Positions 57,808 through 64,000 of a stretch of DNA of 64,000 bases are shown here, one piece after another. Numbering within the stretch: position 1 is the first letter of the stretch; each line of letters starts with the position of its first letter. The stretch is taken from the NCBI GenBank assembly GCA_023230485.1, contig JALNXG010000007.1, forward strand, positions 813-64,812. The letters are read 5' to 3'. The DNA comes from Melioribacteraceae bacterium (GTDB lineage Bacteria > Bacteroidota > Ignavibacteria > Ignavibacteriales > Melioribacteraceae). The notes under the pieces were generated by a model. It saw only the letters and a list, made by a program, of their open reading frames with translations, had not been told where the DNA came from and did no database searches. The translations under genes were made by a program, and so were the position numbers.

Positions 57808-59847
57808 ATGAGAAGAGATAAAAATATAAAATTATTTAATTCAGAGATTTTAAAAGAATCCTTGATTGAGGCGATTAAAAAATTAAATCCGTCAGTAATG
57901 ATAAAAAATCCAGTCATGTTTACTGTAGAAATTGGTACTATAATTATGCTTTCAATAACCATTTTATCTTTTGTTTCATCTGAGAGCGGTCAAGGAAATT
58001 ATGTTTATAATACTGTCATTACTCTATTATTATTATTAACAGTACTATTTGGAAATTCCGCCGAAGCAATCGCTGAAGCAAGAGGGAAAGCTCAAGCTGC
58101 CTCATTAAGAAAAACTCGTGAAGAAACAGCAGCTAAATTAATAACTCCTGATAATAAGATTATTAATGTATTTTCATCACAATTACAAAAAGGTGATATA
58201 TTCCTTGCAGAAACAGGAGACACTATCCCAACTGATGGAGAAATAATCGAAGGAATAGCATCAATTGATGAATCGGCAATTACCGGTGAATCGGCTCCTG
58301 TAATTAGAGAAGCAGGTACTGACCATTCAGGTGTGATTGGCGGAACTAAAGTATTATCAGATCGAATTAAGGTAAAAGTTGTAACTGCTTCAGGAGAATC
58401 CTTCCTTGATAAAATGATTGCATTAGTTGAAGGTGTTAGCCGCCAGAAAACTCCAAATGAAATAGCTTTAACAATTTTGCTCGCAAGTTTTACCTTGATA
58501 TTTTTATTCGTAACTGTAACACTCAAGCCTTTTAGTGATTATGCAAATACTGCAGTGTCAATTACCGCGCTAATCTCTTTATTTGTTTGTTTAATTCCAA
58601 CTACAATAGGAGGTCTGCTTTCTGCTATTGGTATCGCAGGGATGGATAGAGCATTAAGAGCAAATGTAATTGCTAAATCAGGCAAAGCAGTAGAAAATGC
58701 AGGAGATATTGATGTTGTATTATTAGACAAAACGGGTACAATAACAATAGGTAATAGAAAAGCAACAAGATTAATCCCTTTAACTAATGTAAATGAACCA
58801 GAATTTATAAAATACTGTTTGCTTAGCTCAATTTCAGATCCTACTCCTGAAGGGAAATCAATAATTGAACTTGGTTCGATGTCCGTTGCATCTTCTTATC
58901 AAAAAGATGCAGAGAGTGGAAAGTTTATTGATTTTACTGCTGAAACAAGAATGAGTGGTATTGATTTAATCGATGGTAAGAAAATTAGAAAAGGGGCTTT
59001 GGATGCAATAGCTAAATGGTGTAATTGTTCTACAAATATCGATAAGGAAGTTGTTGATTACTTTGAAAGAATCGCCTCAAATGGTGGCACGCCACTCGCT
59101 ATTGCAGTTGATAATAATATTTTAGGCGTTGTACAACTCGAAGATATTATTAAACCGGGTATTAAGGAACGATTCGATAGAATGAAAAAAATGGGGGTTA
59201 AAACTGTTATGGTTACAGGTGATAATCCATTGACTGCCAAATATATAGCTAATAAAGCCGGAGTTGATGATTTTATCGCTGAAGCAAAACCAGAAGACAA
59301 GATGAATTATATTCTAAGAGAACAACAACAGGGTAAATTAGTGGCTATGATGGGGGATGGTACTAATGATGCTCCAGCGCTTGCTCAAGCTGATGTTGGT
59401 GTCGCTATGAATTCTGGAACTCAAGCGGCTAAAGAAGCAGCTAATATGGTCGATTTAGATAGTGATCCTACTAAGCTTCTTGAAGTTATTGAGATTGGAA
59501 AACAACTTCTTATCACAAGAGGAAATATAACTACTTTCTCAATTGTAAATGATGTTGCAAAATATTTTGCTATAATTCCTGCAATATTCGCTACCACTAT
59601 CCCGGGGATGGATCTCTTGAATGTTATGAAATTAAGCAGTCCACAATCTGCAATTCTTGCGGCTGTTATATTTAATGCATTCATTATACCTGCACTAATA
59701 CCCCTTGCATTAAAAGGCTCAAAGTATAAACCTATTGGAGCAACTGCTCTTTTAACAAGAAATTTGCTCATTTATGGTCTAGGTGGCTTAATAGTCCCAT
59801 TTGGAGGAATAAAATTAATTGATTTATTTGTTTCATTATTTATTTAG
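57808..59847 (+). CDS. kdpB: Potassium-transporting P-type ATPase subunit B
   Basis: 679 aa. Phosphorylation motif LLDKTGTIT, plus MVTGDNPLTA and MGDGTNDAPALAQADVG. Confidence 0.97.
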   Translation: MRRDKNIKLFNSEILKESLIEAIKKLNPSVMIKNPVMFTVEIGTIIMLSITILSFVSSESGQGNYVYNTVITLLLLLTVLFGNSAEAIAEARGKAQAASLRKTREETAAKLITPDNKIINVFSSQLQKGDIFLAETGDTIPTDGEIIEGIASIDESAITGESAPVIREAGTDHSGVIGGTKVLSDRIKVKVVTASGESFLDKMIALVEGVSRQKTPNEIALTILLASFTLIFLFVTVTLKPFSDYANTAVSITALISLFVCLIPTTIGGLLSAIGIAGMDRALRANVIAKSGKAVENAGDIDVVLLDKTGTITIGNRKATRLIPLTNVNEPEFIKYCLLSSISDPTPEGKSIIELGSMSVASSYQKDAESGKFIDFTAETRMSGIDLIDGKKIRKGALDAIAKWCNCSTNIDKEVVDYFERIASNGGTPLAIAVDNNILGVVQLEDIIKPGIKERFDRMKKMGVKTVMVTGDNPLTAKYIANKAGVDDFIAEAKPEDKMNYILREQQQGKLVAMMGDGTNDAPALAQADVGVAMNSGTQAAKEAANMVDLDSDPTKLLEVIEIGKQLLITRGNITTFSIVNDVAKYFAIIPAIFATTIPGMDLLNVMKLSSPQSAILAAVIFNAFIIPALIPLALKGSKYKPIGATALLTRNLLIYGLGGLIVPFGGIKLIDLFVSLFI

Positions 59848-59855
59848 AGGGTAAT

Positions 59856-60431
59856 ATGAAAATTCTAAAAGACATAAAGCTTCATTTCATTACAGTAATA
59901 TTATTTGGAATTATGTTCCCTGTATTAATCTTTTTGATTGGATTATTATTCCCAAGTCAATCAAAAGGAATACCTATATATCAGGATAATAAACTTGTGG
60001 GATATGAAAATATTGGACAATATTTTTATTCAGATAAATATTTTTGGGGTAGACCTTCTGAAGTGAATTATAATGCTAAATCAGCCGGTGCTTCTAATAA
60101 AGGTCCTACTAATCCGGAATATCTTGTACAAGTAGAAAATAGAATAAAAGAATTTCTTTTAATAAATCCAACAATCAAAAGAGAACAAATTCCTTCAGAT
60201 TTGGTAACGGGATCTGGTAGTGGTCTTGATCCACACATTTCATCTCAAGCCGCACTAATACAAATCGAAAGAGTTGCAAAAGCTAGAAATATAATAGATA
60301 GAGAAAAGATATTAAAGCTCGTTAATAATAATATCGAAGAACCATTATTAGGTATATTTGGGCCAAAGAATATTAATGTACTTAAACTTAATATGGCATT
60401 AGATAAATTAAATAATAATGACTTGGAATAA
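59856..60431 (+). CDS. kdpC: Potassium-transporting ATPase subunit C
   Basis: 191 aa with an N-terminal TM segment and GSGSGLDPHIS, typical of KdpC. Confidence 0.93.
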   Translation: MKILKDIKLHFITVILFGIMFPVLIFLIGLLFPSQSKGIPIYQDNKLVGYENIGQYFYSDKYFWGRPSEVNYNAKSAGASNKGPTNPEYLVQVENRIKEFLLINPTIKREQIPSDLVTGSGSGLDPHISSQAALIQIERVAKARNIIDREKILKLVNNNIEEPLLGIFGPKNINVLKLNMALDKLNNNDLE

Positions 60432-60437
60432 CAATAA

Positions 60438-61586
60438 ATGGAAAGGGAAATATCAATATCGGCAGAACGTTTTCTAAATCTTATACGCTCATCTAAAAAA
60501 GGTAAATTAAAAATTTATCTAGGGATGGCAGCAGGAGTAGGGAAAACATTTAGAATGCTATTAGAAGCAAAAGAATTATATGAAAATAAAATTGATGTCG
60601 TAATTGGCTATGTAGAAACTCATAAAAGAAAAGAGACCGAAATACTATTATCAGGTCTACCTATAATTGCTCGAAAACAAAATTATTATAAAGGTAAAAT
60701 GTTAGAGGAAATGGATCTTGATTCTATACTTCTTCAAAAACCCGAGATTGTACTTGTCGATGAATTAGCACACACTAATATGCCAGGTTCAAAAAACGAA
60801 AAACGTTGGCAGGATATTTTTGAATTATTAAATGCAGGTATAAATGTTATTACCACAGTAAATATTCAGCATATAGAAAGTGTGATTGATCGTGTAGAGA
60901 AAATTACCGGAATAAAAATCACTGAAGTTGTTCCTGAAAAAATAATTCATGATGCCGATGAGGTTGTAAACGTCGATCTTACTATTGAGGAACTTATTAA
61001 AAGATTGAAAGAAGGAAGAATTTATGAGCATTCAAATGTTTCATTAGCATTAAAACATTTTTTCCAAACTGAAAAATTACTTCAATTGAGGGATTTAACT
61101 CTCAAAGAAGTTTCAAGACAAGTAGAGAGAAAAATGGTGAGGGAAATATCTTTAGATTCACGTAATAAAATCGACACTATCGTTACTGCTCTTAGCTCAA
61201 ATTATAAAACCGGACGAAAATTAATTCGAAAGTCTTCACGCTTAGCTGAAATATACAACTCAAAATGGTTTGTGATTTATGTCCAGACGAGTAAAGAGTC
61301 TATGGATAAAATCGAAACAACCTTACAACGAATGTTATTAAATAATTTTAAGCTGGCTGCAGAACTTGGAGCCCAAGTTGTTGAGCTTAGTAATGATAGT
61401 GTTGCAAAAGCAATAGTCGATTTTGCAAAGGTTAAAGAGGCTGTTTTAATTATTATAGGAAAACCATCATTTTCAGTTTTTTATCGACTTAATCCAAAAA
61501 ATTTATTTAGAGAGCTTTCTTCATTAACTTCAAAAGAAAACATTGACATTTTAATGGTGGCATCAGATGAAAACAATAAGAAGTAA
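60438..61586 (+). CDS. kdpD: Stand-alone KdpD N-terminal sensor domain plus Usp domain protein (no kinase core)
   Basis: 382 aa. Has the KdpD N-domain P-loop-like motif LGMAAGVGKT and VDELAHTN, followed by a Usp-like C-terminal half. There are no TM segments and no HisKA or HATPase domain. Confidence 0.85.
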   Translation: MEREISISAERFLNLIRSSKKGKLKIYLGMAAGVGKTFRMLLEAKELYENKIDVVIGYVETHKRKETEILLSGLPIIARKQNYYKGKMLEEMDLDSILLQKPEIVLVDELAHTNMPGSKNEKRWQDIFELLNAGINVITTVNIQHIESVIDRVEKITGIKITEVVPEKIIHDADEVVNVDLTIEELIKRLKEGRIYEHSNVSLALKHFFQTEKLLQLRDLTLKEVSRQVERKMVREISLDSRNKIDTIVTALSSNYKTGRKLIRKSSRLAEIYNSKWFVIYVQTSKESMDKIETTLQRMLLNNFKLAAELGAQVVELSNDSVAKAIVDFAKVKEAVLIIIGKPSFSVFYRLNPKNLFRELSSLTSKENIDILMVASDENNKK

Positions 61587-63411
61587 AATAACAATCGGTG
61601 TAATATTTCTATTCTCTGTAATCGTTACATTAAGTATAGTGGGAATCGTTTTTGTAAATCAGTTAGCTGAAAAATCAAAAGGTACAATTAAAGAAAACTA
61701 TAATTCAGTTGATTATACTGTCAATATGTTGATGTACTTAAATAATATAGAGAAATATACAGATAATTCAATTTATGATAAAATATTAATTTTTAATAAG
61801 TACAATAATATTCAGGAAGAAATAAAAAGGTTTAGAACGGAATTAGAAAAAGAATCAAATAATTTAACAGAGCCTGGTGAAGAAATATTATCAAATGAAC
61901 TAACTATTCTATTCAATGATTATGTTGAAGAAATCGAAAGTATTGATAAAGCGAATATTTCAGAAGATTTGATTAATGTCATCGCCGATAAACATAACCT
62001 TATAAAGAATAATATATTGATGTTATATAAAATTAATACCGATGCAGTAAAATCAAAGATGGATAAATTACTATCGACTGCAGATGATGTAACACTGTAT
62101 ATGACTTTAATTGGTACTTTAGCCATTTTAATAACTTTATCCTTTGTTTATAATTTCCCTTCAAATATTATTGAACCTATAAAAGAACTAACTCATAAAA
62201 TAAAATCAATCAGTGAGAATAACTATAACCAAAGTTTGGAAGTAAAATCAGATGATGAATTAGGTGAACTTGCTATTGCGTTCAATAATATGGTTGAAAG
62301 ACTTAAACTGTATGAAGAAAAGCAGATTGATAAATTATTATTCGAACAAAAAAGATTAGAAACGCTCGTTAGAAATATTGAAGATGGAATTTTATTTATT
62401 GATGAATCAAAAAATATTGTTTTAGTTAATAATACAATGATCAAAATTACTTCACTGGATGAAGATGAAATTATTAATAAGCATATCAACGATGTATCTT
62501 CTAAAAACGATTTAATAAAAGAATTATATAGGATATATCTAAATCGGTGTGATGGTGAGGATAAAGAAATCAGTCCTGTGCGCATAACAATTGAAGGCAA
62601 AGAATATTTTTTTAATGTAGAAATCGAAGAGATTATCACTTATTCGAAAACATGGAAAAAAGATACCTTCATTGGAACACTTATACTGTTAAGAAATATA
62701 ACTGAATATCAAGAAAGAGATAAAGCTAAATCAAATTTATTAGCAACGGTTTCCCATGAATTGAAAACCCCTCTTTCATCTATTAACCTAAGTCTGAAAT
62801 TACTTGATGATATAAGAATTGGGGAGCTAAACATTGAACAGAAAGAGATATTAAACTCATTGAGGCAGCAAAGCAATAGACTATCAAAAGTTATAAAAGA
62901 ATTATTGGATTATTCACAAATTGAAACTGGCAATATTAGATTGAATTTTGCACCAGCCAAACCGGATGCAGTTATCGATATTGGCATTACTGCACTTATG
63001 ATGCAAATTTCAGAAAAAAGCATTGAGCTACAAACAATAATTGATGATAAATTACCTGTAATTAATATTGATTTTGAAAAATTAGTGTTTGTTTTTATTA
63101 ACATCCTTAATAATGCAATACGATATTCTAAAAGTAAAGACGAAATAATTGTCGAAGTTAGAAAAAATGGAAACAACATTGAATTTTCAGTTAAAGATAA
63201 CGGTATGGGAATTTCAGAAGAGGATATACCAAAATTATTTCAAAAGTTCACTCAAGTAGGTGAAAAGTACCAACAAGGTTGGGGATTAGGTCTAGCAATC
63301 TCTAAAGAATTTGTTTCTGCTCAAGGTGGTAAAATATGGGTAGAAAGTGAATTTGGGAAGGGAAGTAAATTCATTTTTACAGTACCAGTTATTAAAATGA
63401 AAAATTTATAA
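61567..63411 (+). CDS. Membrane histidine kinase (TM-sensor-TM-HAMP-PAS-HisKA-HATPase_c)
   Basis: 614 aa. Overlaps the kdpD-N ORF by 20 nt. HAMP segment (DELGELAIAFNNMVERL), H-box VSHELKTPLSSI and GWGLGLAISKE. Confidence 0.88.
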   Translation: MKTIRSKITIGVIFLFSVIVTLSIVGIVFVNQLAEKSKGTIKENYNSVDYTVNMLMYLNNIEKYTDNSIYDKILIFNKYNNIQEEIKRFRTELEKESNNLTEPGEEILSNELTILFNDYVEEIESIDKANISEDLINVIADKHNLIKNNILMLYKINTDAVKSKMDKLLSTADDVTLYMTLIGTLAILITLSFVYNFPSNIIEPIKELTHKIKSISENNYNQSLEVKSDDELGELAIAFNNMVERLKLYEEKQIDKLLFEQKRLETLVRNIEDGILFIDESKNIVLVNNTMIKITSLDEDEIINKHINDVSSKNDLIKELYRIYLNRCDGEDKEISPVRITIEGKEYFFNVEIEEIITYSKTWKKDTFIGTLILLRNITEYQERDKAKSNLLATVSHELKTPLSSINLSLKLLDDIRIGELNIEQKEILNSLRQQSNRLSKVIKELLDYSQIETGNIRLNFAPAKPDAVIDIGITALMMQISEKSIELQTIIDDKLPVINIDFEKLVFVFINILNNAIRYSKSKDEIIVEVRKNGNNIEFSVKDNGMGISEEDIPKLFQKFTQVGEKYQQGWGLGLAISKEFVSAQGGKIWVESEFGKGSKFIFTVPVIKMKNL

Positions 63412-63633
63412 ATATATTTTTTAATTTAAGGATACTACATTAATATTATGTTTCATTAGATTCGTACTGCTCGGTTTAATTCATTTATTTTATTCGATAC
63501 TCTTTCGAGACGCTTTGATATTGCGGAAATCAATATCCTCCGATTGACCTCTTTTCTATCCGAATAAAAAGCATTTGTTCTATATGAATCGGATGCTTCT
63601 AAATAACTATCGCATGTTTTGAATCCATCAAAT

Positions 63634-63788
63634 GTGCTCTTAAAAAAGGGAAGTATGCAGTTCGCCGACAAAGGTCATTACGTCTATCTATGATATTAAG
63701 AGGTATCTTACCCGATAAACTTTTCCAGTATATGTTAATTATAATGGGTGTTCATAAAAGTATGTCCAATTGGAAAGGAAGGGAATAA
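63634..63788 (+). pseudogene. Orphan 3' fragment of an SDR gene (direct repeat copy 2)
   Basis: Encodes ...LKKGKYAVRRQRSLRLSMILRGILPDKLFQYMLIIMGVHKSMSNWKGRE*, in frame with copy 1. The frame is closed by a TAA at 63600-63602, so no N-terminal part exists. Confidence 0.85.
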
Positions 63789-64000
63789 AAATACTAATCA
63801 GTAACTTAGAACGAAGCATTTGCTCTAAAAGATTTGATAAATTTCTTATTTATTATTTTATATTTATTCAAAATATCTTATTTTAATTATTTAATTTTTA
63901 TCTGAATAATATAAAAGTATATTGCATGGTTTGTTCTTATTGTTTAGACTTTTGATCTGATTCTATAATTAAATATATTAATTCTTCAAAGGTATAAAAA

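Noticed and set aside
57468-58526. Antisense ORFs of 164 aa and 144 aa inside kdpA and kdpB
   Set aside because: They are embedded opposite highly conserved kdpA and kdpB frames. I saw no start context or motifs. I treat them as shadow ORFs.
63456-63671. 71-aa minus-strand ORF between the kdp kinase and SDR repeat copy 2
   Set aside because: Its start codon and first ~12 codons lie inside the duplicated SDR 3' fragment, read in antisense. It has no recognisable family. It is most likely spurious, or at best a truncated remnant, so I did not call it as a gene.
1-64000. Search by eye for CRISPR arrays, tRNA/rRNA genes, IS elements, integrases, toxin-antitoxin pairs or known defence-system signatures
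   Set aside because: I recognised no direct-repeat/spacer arrays, cloverleaf-like GC-rich segments, transposase or tyrosine/serine recombinase motifs, or nuclease/Sir2/TIR-type ORFs. The only long repeat found is the SDR 3' duplication reported above.

Overview
AT-rich, densely packed chromosomal segment with about 60 genes, many start/stop overlaps and several convergent gene pairs with no spacer. The host looks like an anaerobic diderm bacterium. Omp85, GT9 heptosyltransferases and a kdp locus with a sigma-54 regulator suggest the FCB group (Ignavibacteriota/Bacteroidota-like), but this is inference only. I saw no rRNA, tRNA, CRISPR array, transposase or integrase.

Gene order:
- plsX-fabH-fabD-(Cys-rich ORF)-fabG-acpP-fabF-rnc, then gcvP, a CoA-binding protein, an Omp85-family OMP and rsmE.
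- A tight minus-strand block: floA-hyp-UvrD-like helicase-cdd-tdk-nupC-punA.
- clpC-pyrE-M64 peptidase-PP2C phosphatase-PduS-like-PduT-like-TIM-barrel enzyme.
- A 1315-aa TPR protein with three tandem CbbX/SpoVK-type AAA+ modules (minus strand).
- A DUF2807-like lipoprotein, purK, purE and a CDF transporter.
- A roughly 12-kb [FeFe]-hydrogenase unit, followed by two paralogous polytopic kinases.
- ispE and three GT9 glycosyltransferases (minus strand), then an SDR.
- A frameshifted sigma-54 (NtrC-type) regulator with kdpFABC, a stand-alone KdpD N-terminal/Usp protein and a HAMP-PAS kinase.

Most notable observations:
- A HydS-like putative sensory [FeFe]-hydrogenase is fused in one polypeptide to a histidine kinase. 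It is translationally coupled to hydA1 and is followed by receivers that have no output domain. This signalling core sits between the two HydC/B/A-type gene sets.
- The second catalytic subunit carries TSCSPGW instead of the canonical TSCCPxW H-cluster motif.
- An orphan PduS/PduT (Fe-S BMC-T shell protein) pair occurs with no other microcompartment shell genes in the window.
- The triple-AAA+ TPR protein has all three modules intact.
- A 149-nt direct repeat of the SDR 3' end, differing mostly by synonymous changes, brackets the whole 9.4-kb ntrC-kdp module. This suggests the module was acquired by insertion.
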